In this document: positions 28,630 to 36,554 of the stretch, one piece after another
How the letters are laid out: each line of letters starts with the position of its first letter
Position numbering within the stretch: position 1 is the stretch's first letter
NCBI GenBank assembly: GCA_031416275.1
Contig: JANOTH010000119.1
Coordinates: forward strand, 7,676-71,675
DNA from: Ferruginibacter sp.
GTDB lineage: Bacteria > Bacteroidota > Bacteroidia > Chitinophagales > Chitinophagaceae
Direction: 5' to 3'
Length of the DNA: 64,000 nucleotides
The notes under the pieces: model-generated
What the model was told of the DNA's origin: nothing
Database searches by the model: none
The model's input: only the letters and a program-made list of their open reading frames with translations
Program-made: the position numbers and the translations under genes

Positions 28630-28926
28630 TTAAGCAAAGTTTCTAGTTGCATCGTCTTTAAAATCTTTTGCCTTTTCAGTATATTCTTTTGCTGCATCTT
28701 TTCCTTTTTCAACCATGCTGTTTGCATCGCCTTTAATGCTTTGATATTTTTCTTGTAATGCTTCGCCAAGTTCATTAAACTTATTGCGTACAGTATCTCC
28801 TAAATCTGTTCCTTTTTTACCAAGTTTTTTGCGTGTTTCCATTCCTTTCTCAGGTGCAAATAAAATTCCTAAAGCCGCTCCTACTGCTGCCCCTAATATA
28901 ACACCGGTTAATAATTTCTTGCTCAT
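28630..28926 (-). CDS. YtxH domain-containing protein (LEA-like tail)
   Basis: GVILGAAVGAALGILFAPEKGMETRKKL signature; Lys/Asp/Ala-rich helical C-terminus. Confidence 0.93.
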   Translation of the reverse strand: MSKKLLTGVILGAAVGAALGILFAPEKGMETRKKLGKKGTDLGDTVRNKFNELGEALQEKYQSIKGDANSMVEKGKDAAKEYTEKAKDFKDDATRNFA

Positions 28927-28969
28927 AATTGTAATTTTAAAATTTTAATAAATTATTTGTAAATACTAT

Positions 28970-28985
28970 TGCCAAAATACTGCCA
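28970..28985 (-). promoter_or_regulatory. Putative sigma54 promoter of the ytxH operon
   Basis: Minus strand TGGCAGT-ATTT-TGGCA, exact GG-N10-GC spacing, 43 nt upstream of ATG 28926. Confidence 0.65.
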
Positions 28986-29138
28986 ATACCTTAAAATTAA
29001 TAAATACGGTAAATATTTTTAAGGATTTATTTTTAATCGTGAAATTTTTTCCCCTTTAACGGAAACATATTTTACGACCTTTTTGTAATTAATATCATCC
29101 CATATTTTTTCTACTATTAACAGCGAAGCTTTTAGCAT

Positions 29139-29154
29139 TGGCATAAATATAGAA
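29139..29154 (+). promoter_or_regulatory. Putative sigma54 promoter of the yciF operon
   Basis: TGGCATA-AATA-TAGAA, 30 nt upstream of ATG 29185. Confidence 0.6.
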
Positions 29155-29184
29155 ACGTAGATTTTATCACCTAAAATATTTTTT

Positions 29185-29775
29185 ATGCAAACAAAATCGA
29201 TTGCTACAAAAAAACCTGTAGCTATAAAAACAAACCAATTAAAAAACACTTTCCCGGTAAAAGATTCAATGCTTGCAGATTTCTTTCATGGCGAGTTAAA
29301 AGATATTTATTGGGCAGAAAAGCATTTGATTAAAACATTGCCTAAAATGGTAAAAGCTGCTACCTCACCTGCATTAAAGCAGGCATTTACAAAACATATG
29401 GATGAAACAAAAGTGCATTGCGCAAGGCTAGAGGAAGTGTTCGGTTTAATAGAGAAAAAGCCACAGGCAAAAAAGTGTGAGGCAATGGAAGGCATAACGA
29501 AAGAGGGCGAAGGCATAATAGAGGAAACCAAGGCCGGTACCGCCACAAGAGATGTTGGATTAATACTTGCAGCTCAAAAAGTAGAGCATTATGAAATTGC
29601 TACTTATGGAGGCCTCATACAATTGGCAAAAACACTAGGGCTGGAGGATTGTGCTGATATTATGCTGAAAACACTTAATGAAGAAAAGAAAGCTGATGAA
29701 GGGTTGACTGAAATTGCTGAAACTAAAATTAACTATGCAGCAGCCGGAGAAACAGAAGTAAAAAAGAAAAAATAA
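29185..29775 (+). CDS. Ferritin-like YciE/YciF (DUF892) stress protein
   Basis: ELKDIYWAEKHL, KHMDETKVH..RLEEVF, CEAMEGI, AAQKVEHYEIATYG, TLNEEKKAD. Confidence 0.93.
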   Translation: MQTKSIATKKPVAIKTNQLKNTFPVKDSMLADFFHGELKDIYWAEKHLIKTLPKMVKAATSPALKQAFTKHMDETKVHCARLEEVFGLIEKKPQAKKCEAMEGITKEGEGIIEETKAGTATRDVGLILAAQKVEHYEIATYGGLIQLAKTLGLEDCADIMLKTLNEEKKADEGLTEIAETKINYAAAGETEVKKKK

Positions 29776-29781
29776 TATACA

Positions 29782-30276
29782 ATGAGTAACGAAGTAAAGG
29801 TTGATCAATTAGGTAAATTTAAAACCCTTGTTGAGGATATTAAAACTTGTATGATGATTACAAGTGACGGCAATGCAAAATTAAACGCAAGGCCTATGAA
29901 CAATGCTAAGGTGGATGATGATGGATCTGTTTGGTTTTTTACAAATGAATTTTCCGGAAAAGTTGCGCAGATTTCGCATGAAAATAAAATCTTTTTAACC
30001 TATGCATCTCCAAGCGAAAATTCATATGTAGCATTTAATGCAACTGCAGCGTTAATTGATGAGCAAAATAAAATTGATGAATTATGGACGCCTGATATGA
30101 AGGCTTGGTTTCCCAAAGGAAAAGAAGATCCTAAAATTTTATTGATTCACGCAAAGCCAATTGATGCCGAATATTGGGACCACAGTTCCAGCAAAATTGT
30201 TATGATGTTTAACATGATAAAATCTGCCGTTACAGGAAATTACACAGAGGGTGACCATGCCAAAATAAAATTATAA
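29782..30276 (+). CDS. General stress protein 26 / PNPOx-like FMN-binding protein
   Basis: ARPMNN, DDDGSVWFFT, LWTPDMKAWFPKGKEDP, AEYWD. Confidence 0.9.
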   Translation: MSNEVKVDQLGKFKTLVEDIKTCMMITSDGNAKLNARPMNNAKVDDDGSVWFFTNEFSGKVAQISHENKIFLTYASPSENSYVAFNATAALIDEQNKIDELWTPDMKAWFPKGKEDPKILLIHAKPIDAEYWDHSSSKIVMMFNMIKSAVTGNYTEGDHAKIKL

Positions 30277-30284
30277 GCACTAAT

Positions 30285-31487
30285 ATGAATTTAAGTTCTG
30301 GTTATCCGTTTTGGCTTATTCGTTATGGATTACCTTTTGATTACCCAACACTGCAAGCTGATATTGAAACAGATGTTGTAATAATGGGCGGTGGAATTTC
30401 AGGCGCATTAATGTCTTTTTATCTTACTGAGGCAGGAGTGAGCCATATTGTTGTTGATGGCCGAACTATTGGCCTTGGTAGTACATGTGCAAGCACAGCT
30501 TTGTTGCAATACGAAATAGATACACCGCTGTGTGAATTGCAACACAAGGTTGGTTTATACAACGCTGTTAGGGCTTATAGGTTATGCGATCAATCTATTG
30601 ACCAGTTGGAAGCTATAGCAACAAAAATAAAATTTAAGGAGTTTGAAAAATTAGAAAGCCTCTACTTTGCAGCCGCAAAAAAAGATGTAAAATTTATTGC
30701 AGAGGAATTTAATATTAGGCAGAAACATGGCTTTGCAGTGAAACTACTTACAACGGAAGAAAATCAAAGTAAGTTTGATATTAAGGCTCCCAATGCAATT
30801 CTTTCGAAACAGGGGGCACAGACAAATGCTTATACTTTTGCCCACGCATTGCACCAATATTCAATAAAAAAGGGCAGTAAGGTTTTTGATCGTACGAGCA
30901 TATCTAAAATAGTGCATAAAAAAGATGATGTAACCCTTACTACCGAAAACAATAATATTATTCGTGCAAAAAAATTGGTGTATGCAACAGGGTACGAATC
31001 AGTAAAATATATCGATAAAAAAATTGTTGATTTACATAGCACTTATGCTGTTTGTAGCGAACAGGGCAATGCCGATGAAACGCCATTTAAACACAAAGCT
31101 TTGTTGTGGAATACCGCGGACCCTTATTTGTATTTGCGCAATACGCACGATAACAGAATATTAATTGGAGGTAGAGATGAGCAATTTTTTAACCCTAAGA
31201 AAAGAGACCAATTATTAGCATCTAAAACAGCGGAACTTGTAAAAGATTTTAAAAAACTGTACCCTAAAGTAACATTTAAGCCTGAGTTTAATTGGTGTGG
31301 CACATTTGGTGCAACAGAAGATGGGTTGCCGTATATAGGTGAATATCCCGGCTTAACAAATGGCTATTTCGCTTTGGGTTTTGGTGGAAATGGCATAACA
31401 TTCAGTCTTATTGCTGCAGAAATAATTAAAGATTTAATTATTGGTAAAAAGAACAAAGACCAGGAAATTTTTTCATTTGCGAGATGA
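30285..31487 (+). CDS. FAD-dependent oxidoreductase (DAO/PuuB-like family)
   Basis: GGGISG dinucleotide fold, GSTCASTALLQYEID, TEDGLPYIG, GFGGNGITFS. Confidence 0.9.
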   Translation: MNLSSGYPFWLIRYGLPFDYPTLQADIETDVVIMGGGISGALMSFYLTEAGVSHIVVDGRTIGLGSTCASTALLQYEIDTPLCELQHKVGLYNAVRAYRLCDQSIDQLEAIATKIKFKEFEKLESLYFAAAKKDVKFIAEEFNIRQKHGFAVKLLTTEENQSKFDIKAPNAILSKQGAQTNAYTFAHALHQYSIKKGSKVFDRTSISKIVHKKDDVTLTTENNNIIRAKKLVYATGYESVKYIDKKIVDLHSTYAVCSEQGNADETPFKHKALLWNTADPYLYLRNTHDNRILIGGRDEQFFNPKKRDQLLASKTAELVKDFKKLYPKVTFKPEFNWCGTFGATEDGLPYIGEYPGLTNGYFALGFGGNGITFSLIAAEIIKDLIIGKKNKDQEIFSFAR

Positions 31488-31501
31488 TAAAATGGTAGTT
31501 T

Positions 31502-31966
31502 ATGAAAAGTAACAATGAGCTTGTTGAGAAAAAGGGCGGCTTGAAAAAAAAGTTCGGCCAATTTTCTACATGGGTTACAAAAGCAACCGGCAGCCCATCA
31601 GCATTTTTTATTGCCTTATTAGTAGTGGTTGTGTGGGCGCTTACAGGGCCAATATTTAATTTTTCTGAAACCTGGCAACTCGTAATAAATACAGGTACAA
31701 CCATCATTACGTTTTTAATGATTTTCGTTATTCAACAATCTCAAAATAAGGAAACGCTAGCACTTCATTTAAAGTTGAACGAGCTAATCGCCGCAAATGA
31801 ATTTACAAGCAACCGTTTGGTAGATAGTGAGGAGTTAACAGAGGAGGAATTGTTGGTTATTAAAAAATATTATAAGAGGTTGGCCTCTATAACGAAGCAA
31901 GAAGATTCAATTTTCACATCTCATTCAGTTGATGAAGCAGGGGAAGACTCAAAGCGAAAAAAATAA
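31502..31966 (+). CDS. Low-affinity iron permease family membrane protein
   Basis: WQLVINTGTTIITFLMIFVIQQSQN, ALHLKLNELI signature. Confidence 0.9.
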   Translation: MKSNNELVEKKGGLKKKFGQFSTWVTKATGSPSAFFIALLVVVVWALTGPIFNFSETWQLVINTGTTIITFLMIFVIQQSQNKETLALHLKLNELIAANEFTSNRLVDSEELTEEELLVIKKYYKRLASITKQEDSIFTSHSVDEAGEDSKRKK

Positions 31967-32009
31967 CATTGATTATATACAATTACATCTTCACTTTTAA
32001 AACAACAAT

Positions 32010-32180
32010 ATGAATAAATTATCTTTTTCCCTTATTACCGTAATGGTTATTTTAATGACAACTTTAAGCAGTTGCGAAGCTATTGGCAGCATTTTTAAAG
32101 CAGGTATATGGACGGGCGTAATTGGTATCGGCCTAGTAGTTATTCTTGTAATATATTTAATAAGTAAATCGAGAAAATAG
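32010..32180 (+). CDS. Small membrane lipoprotein, 56 aa (not in the ORF track)
   Basis: MNKLSFSLITVMVILMTTLSSCEAIGSIFKAGIWTGVIGIGLVVILVIYLISKSRK*; lipobox LSSC plus a C-terminal TM helix. Confidence 0.8.
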   Translation: MNKLSFSLITVMVILMTTLSSCEAIGSIFKAGIWTGVIGIGLVVILVIYLISKSRK

Positions 32181-32188
32181 CATTTTTT

Positions 32189-32240
32189 AAAAACTCTTTT
32201 ATTATAATGTTTACCCGACAAGACTTTTAAAAGAGTTTTT
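32189..32240. terminator. Inverted repeat between convergent genes
   Basis: AAAAACTCTTTTA (32189-32201) and TAAAAGAGTTTTT (32228-32240), 26-nt spacer. Confidence 0.45.
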
Positions 32241-32299
32241 ATTCATTACGAGGCTTTATATTTCTGCAATATCACTTTGTGGTAAGAAATTCTATTAAG

Positions 32300-32632
32300 T
32301 TACTTTAAAGTATTTACAGCCTTTATTTCATTTATATGCTCGCTAACTTTTAATAAAAAAGCATTCGCTTTGTTTACTTTTTTTAAATAAGTAAATGCAG
32401 CTCCCGAAGCTTGTTTTAAAAGCAGCGGCATACTTATACTAGTGAAATTGTTTACCGCTCGCTTGTTATAAATATCAATAAAAACATCAGTTAATATTTT
32501 ATCTGCTATATCTTTATTGGGTATCAATCTATAAATACAGCCATACATTAGGGCTGCATGTTTGTCATACATTTCTTCAAAAAATCCTGTTGGTTTATGG
32601 TTGTCTGTTAGCATTGTTTCAATACATAACAA
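32300..32632 (-). CDS. ECF sigma factor region-2-like protein lacking region 4
   Basis: FEEMYDKHAALMYGCIYRLIPNKDIADKILTDVFIDIY matches the ECF sigma2 pattern; the ORF ends after about 110 aa with no HTH. An alternative start is ATG 32614. Confidence 0.6.
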   Translation of the reverse strand: MLCIETMLTDNHKPTGFFEEMYDKHAALMYGCIYRLIPNKDIADKILTDVFIDIYNKRAVNNFTSISMPLLLKQASGAAFTYLKKVNKANAFLLKVSEHINEIKAVNTLK

Positions 32633-33080
32633 ACCTTGCTGTATTAAGCGTTTGTATTTTTTGGAAACTTATTTTTAGCGCATTTAGTTGACACAAAATT
32701 ATTTCCTGTAAACTTTTGCAAGGCATTGGCTCCTCTAGCAATTCGTTGTACGCTTTCGTTAAGTATCTCTCTTTAAAACTCACTAAAGACATCAATTCCA
32801 CGCCTCTTTCGCAATTTTCACTGTCAGTTGAATCACCATTAAATTCATCAAATTGAATTGCTGTTTCAGAAAATGAAGTAGTATTTATGCCCAAAGCCTT
32901 TAGGTAAGTTTTTAATTCATTTGCATAGTAACTGCTTTCTTCAGAAAGGCCATTAAGTGCAGATTTAAGTGTATAGTTTTCAACTTCATCTGCTACCATT
33001 TCAAAATCGTGTTTCGAACGTTTTAAGAAAAACATCAATCCTGAAAATTTGTTTAGAGCGGCAGAGGTTAGGGTATTCAT
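32619..33080 (-). CDS. Divergent PA2169/DUF2383-like four-helix (ferritin-like) protein
   Basis: 153 aa; DFEMVADEVENYTLKSAL...YANELKTYLKALG...E..LTKAYNELLEEPMP...IILCQLNAL follows the helical pattern of the family. Confidence 0.6.
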   Translation of the reverse strand: MNTLTSAALNKFSGLMFFLKRSKHDFEMVADEVENYTLKSALNGLSEESSYYANELKTYLKALGINTTSFSETAIQFDEFNGDSTDSENCERGVELMSLVSFKERYLTKAYNELLEEPMPCKSLQEIILCQLNALKISFQKIQTLNTARFVMY

Positions 33081-33132
33081 AAAATTATCTTTACAAATGT
33101 TGATTCAGTTTATTTAGGAAAAAAATCCAACA

Positions 33133-33150
33133 TGTAGAAACATCTCCACA
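33133..33150. promoter_or_regulatory. 18-bp dyad TGT-N12-ACA, candidate operator/enhancer
   Basis: TGTAGA-AACATC-TCCACA, the best-formed copy of the dyad in the window. Confidence 0.5.
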
Positions 33151-33161
33151 CTTTGGGTAAT

Positions 33162-33548
33162 TTAATTAGAAAGCGCATCAACAGTTTTATAAATAATATC
33201 ACTTGTAAAAGGCTTACCAATAAAAAAGTCTGCACCGTTTGCCAAAGCTTTGGCTCTATCATCTCCGGAGTCATGTGCTGTAATCATTACTATTTTACAA
33301 TCGGGATAATTCTTTTTTATGTAAGGAATATAATTTATACCAAGCCCATCGGGTAAATGGTTGTCTAAAAATATAATTTCCGGATGTTGAGTTTTGAGCG
33401 CCTTATCTGCCTCAGACAAAGAATTTACGAAGGCAGTATCTAATTTTTTAAATTTTAATAATCTGCTTAATAAATAACAAATATCTGTTTCATCGTCAAT
33501 AATTAGTGCTTTCAAGGTCATATCATTGAAGTAGTTAACATTTTTCAT
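33162..33548 (-). CDS. Stand-alone response regulator receiver protein
   Basis: LIIDDE, IFLDNHLPDGLG (phospho-Asp), MITAH, FIGKPF. Confidence 0.93.
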   Translation of the reverse strand: MKNVNYFNDMTLKALIIDDETDICYLLSRLLKFKKLDTAFVNSLSEADKALKTQHPEIIFLDNHLPDGLGINYIPYIKKNYPDCKIVMITAHDSGDDRAKALANGADFFIGKPFTSDIIYKTVDALSN

Positions 33549-33572
33549 TTTAATAATTTCTACTATAAAAGA

Positions 33573-33588
33573 TTCAATATTGTTGCCA
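33573..33588 (-). promoter_or_regulatory. Putative sigma54 promoter of the receiver gene
   Basis: Minus strand TGGCAAC-AATA-TTGAA, 24 nt upstream of ATG 33548. Confidence 0.62.
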
Positions 33589-33797
33589 ACTAAGCATTTT
33601 GAAATACAGTGACTTTCTTAAAAACGCTATAAATATCAAAAAATGTACCTTTCACCGTATAAAATAGCCTCGACAAACGAAAAAACTGCAATTATTAAAC
33701 TTTTAAAATGTTACTAACTTGTGAGTTAGGCTATTATAGATTAACCAACGCAAAAAAAATTGAGGAATTTTTTTATTTTATCGAGGAAAACATTACA

Positions 33798-33813
33798 TGG
33801 TATAATTATAGAA
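33798..33813 (+). promoter_or_regulatory. Putative sigma54 promoter of yihY (and possibly the bEBP gene)
   Basis: TGGTATA-ATTA-TAGAA, 24 nt upstream of ATG 33838. Confidence 0.6.
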
Positions 33814-33837
33814 AGGTTTGTTTAACACCTAACAGAT

Positions 33838-34791
33838 ATGCGTAGAAAAATAACGACGTTTTTCACTTTTTTAAAAGAAGTTTTTGTAGAGTTTATTGGC
33901 GACAACATACTAAAATACAGCGCTTCCCTCGCATATTATACAGTGCTCTCTATTGCGCCGTTGTTGGTTATTTTATTAACTGTTACAGGTTTTTTATTTG
34001 GCAAAGAGGCCATTAACGGCCAACTCTACGGGCAAATCAATAAACTTGTAGGTTCAGATGCTGCGCTGCAAATACAAACATCTATTCAAAACATACATTT
34101 AAACAAAGACAATATTTTTGCAACCACAATCGGTATCATCGTTTTAACCATTGGCGCAACCGGTATTTTTGGAGAAATTCAAGACTCATTAAACAGAATA
34201 TGGGGGTTAAAAATTAAAGCAAAAAAAATATGGTGGAAGGTGCTCATAGATAGGTTGATATCTTTTTCACTTATTTTAAGTTTGGGTTTTGTACTAATCG
34301 TATCGCTTGTGTTAAATGCAATAGCAGCTGCAATAAGCGATAAAATCATTGCTTTACTGCCCGCCTCAGGAGATGTGTTGTTGTTGATAATTGATACTGT
34401 GGTAACACTATTAATAACAACTATATTGTTTGGCTCTATATTTAAGGTATTGCCAGATGCTAAAATAAAATGGAGAGATGTTGCTGTGGGTGCCTTTGTA
34501 ACTGCTTGTTTGTTTTTGTTAGGCAAATATGGCATTGGCTTTTACCTTGGCCAAAGTAAGTTGGGTACTATATATGGAGCGGCGGGCTCTATTATGATTT
34601 TAATGATTTGGGTATATTACACTTCTGCCATACTTTATTTAGGAGCTGTGTTTACAAAAGTTTACGCTACAGACTTTGGCGGAAAAATTTATCCCAGCGA
34701 TTTTTCGGAGTGGATAAAAGTGGAGGAAATACCTGTGCCCGATGTGCATCTTAAAATTGATGATTTAAAAGAGGAAGAAGAAAAACATTAA
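33838..34791 (+). CDS. YihY/virulence factor BrkB family membrane protein
   Basis: ASLAYYTVLSIAPLL, QDSLNRIWG, IFKVLPDAKIKWRDV, YGAAGSIMILMIWVYY. Confidence 0.93.
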   Translation: MRRKITTFFTFLKEVFVEFIGDNILKYSASLAYYTVLSIAPLLVILLTVTGFLFGKEAINGQLYGQINKLVGSDAALQIQTSIQNIHLNKDNIFATTIGIIVLTIGATGIFGEIQDSLNRIWGLKIKAKKIWWKVLIDRLISFSLILSLGFVLIVSLVLNAIAAAISDKIIALLPASGDVLLLIIDTVVTLLITTILFGSIFKVLPDAKIKWRDVAVGAFVTACLFLLGKYGIGFYLGQSKLGTIYGAAGSIMILMIWVYYTSAILYLGAVFTKVYATDFGGKIYPSDFSEWIKVEEIPVPDVHLKIDDLKEEEEKH

Positions 34792-34819
34792 TTGGCATGT
34801 TTTTTAAATTAATAATAAT

Positions 34820-36274
34820 ATGAAAAAGAAGATTTTAATCATTGACGATGACTTGGATATGTGTTTGGTGCTTAGTAAATTTCTTTTAAGAAATGGTTAC
34901 GATGTAGAAACAGCAAACTCAGGTGGCAAGGGTATACTAAAATTTAAGGAAGATAATTTCGATATAGTTATCTGCGATTTTCGTTTAGGAGATAGAGATG
35001 GAAAAGATATTCTTAAAGAAATAAAAAGCATTTCGCCCGATACGATCGTGTTAATAATAACTGGCTATTCAGATATTAAAGTAGCGGTTGATGTTATTAA
35101 AATGGGCGCTTTCGATTATATAACAAAGCCGCTTATTCCCGATGAGGTATTAAGCGTACTTAACAACGCAATTGAGGGCCCCGGTAATGCAGAAATTGCA
35201 GCTCATAATGGTATAAAAAATACAGGAGATAAAACGCAGGGCAACAAAAAAACTGCAATAAATAGTGAGTTTTTGGTAGGCGAAGCGGGCGCCACTAAAG
35301 ATCTTTATAAGCAAATAGAAATAGTAGCGCCAACAAATTACAGCATTATACTTTACGGCGAGAGTGGTACAGGCAAAGAAGTAATTGCAAAAACAATTCA
35401 CAGTTTAAGCGATAGGGCAGATAAGCCATTTATAGCGATGGATTGTGGTACCTTATCAAAAGAACTTTCGGGTAGTGAACTTTTTGGTCACGTGAAAGGT
35501 GCTTTTACCGGTGCCTTAACCGATAAAGAGGGTCACTTTGAACTTGCTAATGGCGGCACTTTGTTTTTAGATGAAGTTGCTAATCTTACCTACGAAATTC
35601 AGGCCTCGTTGCTAAGGGTTATACAGGAAAGAAAATTTAAACGAGTTGGCGGCAACAAAGAAATGCCTGTAGATGTGCGCATCATTGTAGCATCTAACGA
35701 AAACCTGCAGGAGGCTTACCGTAAAGGAAAATTTAGGGAAGATTTGTATCACCGTTTTAATGAGTTTTCTATAAACCTTCCGCCCTTAAGAGACCGTAAA
35801 AAAGATATTCCTTTGTTTGCCGATTTCTTTTTAGAAAAAGCAAAATCAGAATTAAAAAGAGATATAGAAGGCTTTGAGGATGATGTAATGCAGATGTTCA
35901 TTCATTATTCATGGCCGGGTAATTTAAGGGAATTTAGGAACGTGGTTCGCAGATCTGTTTTGCTCACACAGTCAGGTAAAGTACATGCTAAAACATTACC
36001 GTGGGAAATAACAAATACAGATTCATCATCAGCAGCACCACCTGCATTTGCACACCGGCACGAGGAGGAAATGAATGCTTCTAATCATACTACTATTGCT
36101 GTAGCAAAGCCTGTGTACGATCTTAAAGATGCTGCATCAAAAGCTGAGTACGAGGCTATAATGAATGTTTTAAAGCAGGTTAATTTTAATAAAACAAAGG
36201 CAGCCGAAATTTTAAAAATCGATAGAAAAACTTTGTATAATAAAATCAAAGGTTTTGAAGAAATTAATAATTAG
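34820..36274 (+). CDS. Sigma54-dependent transcriptional activator (NtrC-family bEBP: REC-AAA+-HTH)
   Basis: REC (IIDDD, ICDFRL, ITKP); Walker A GESGTGKE; intact GAFTGA; FLDEV; REDLYHR; WPGNLRE; Fis-type HTH NKTKAAEILKIDRKTLYNK. Confidence 0.96.
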   Translation: MKKKILIIDDDLDMCLVLSKFLLRNGYDVETANSGGKGILKFKEDNFDIVICDFRLGDRDGKDILKEIKSISPDTIVLIITGYSDIKVAVDVIKMGAFDYITKPLIPDEVLSVLNNAIEGPGNAEIAAHNGIKNTGDKTQGNKKTAINSEFLVGEAGATKDLYKQIEIVAPTNYSIILYGESGTGKEVIAKTIHSLSDRADKPFIAMDCGTLSKELSGSELFGHVKGAFTGALTDKEGHFELANGGTLFLDEVANLTYEIQASLLRVIQERKFKRVGGNKEMPVDVRIIVASNENLQEAYRKGKFREDLYHRFNEFSINLPPLRDRKKDIPLFADFFLEKAKSELKRDIEGFEDDVMQMFIHYSWPGNLREFRNVVRRSVLLTQSGKVHAKTLPWEITNTDSSSAAPPAFAHRHEEEMNASNHTTIAVAKPVYDLKDAASKAEYEAIMNVLKQVNFNKTKAAEILKIDRKTLYNKIKGFEEINN

Positions 36275-36295
36275 CTAGAATAAAGATTGTTACTC

Positions 36296-36325
36296 AACAA
36301 AAGCTGCTGTATGGTAGCTTTTGTT
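36296..36325 (+). terminator. Intrinsic terminator after the bEBP gene
   Basis: AACAAAAGCTGC-TGTATG-GTAGCTTTTGTT. Confidence 0.7.
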
Positions 36326-36498
36326 ATTTGTGGGATGCTTATGATCTATAACTTAGCTTTTTTGCTTTCACTTTGAGCATTGTTTGCGTGTAAATAATTT
36401 TTTAATTAAAACTATAATTATGTGTCGTGTGCTAACAATTAGGAAATGTTGTTTATGTTAATATTAAATGCCTTAAAACAAACCCATATCAAAATAAG

Positions 36499-36514
36499 TG
36501 GTATAAAATTGGTT
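36499..36514 (+). promoter_or_regulatory. Putative sigma54 promoter of the 36555 gene
   Basis: TGGTATA-AAAT-TGGTT, 40 nt upstream of the ATG. Confidence 0.5.
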
Positions 36515-36554
36515 GTGTAACGGGTCCTATCTTTAAATAACTAAAACTTTCAGA

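Noticed and set aside
29019-29249. 76-aa minus-strand ORF
   Set aside because: It spans a divergent promoter region and the yciF start; no coding signal.
31997-32221. 74-aa minus-strand ORF in the track
   Set aside because: Antisense shadow of the more convincing 56-aa lipoprotein on the plus strand.
33092-33107. sigma54 promoter for the PA2169-like gene (TGAATCAACATTTGTA, minus)
   Set aside because: GA instead of GG at -24; too weak to call.
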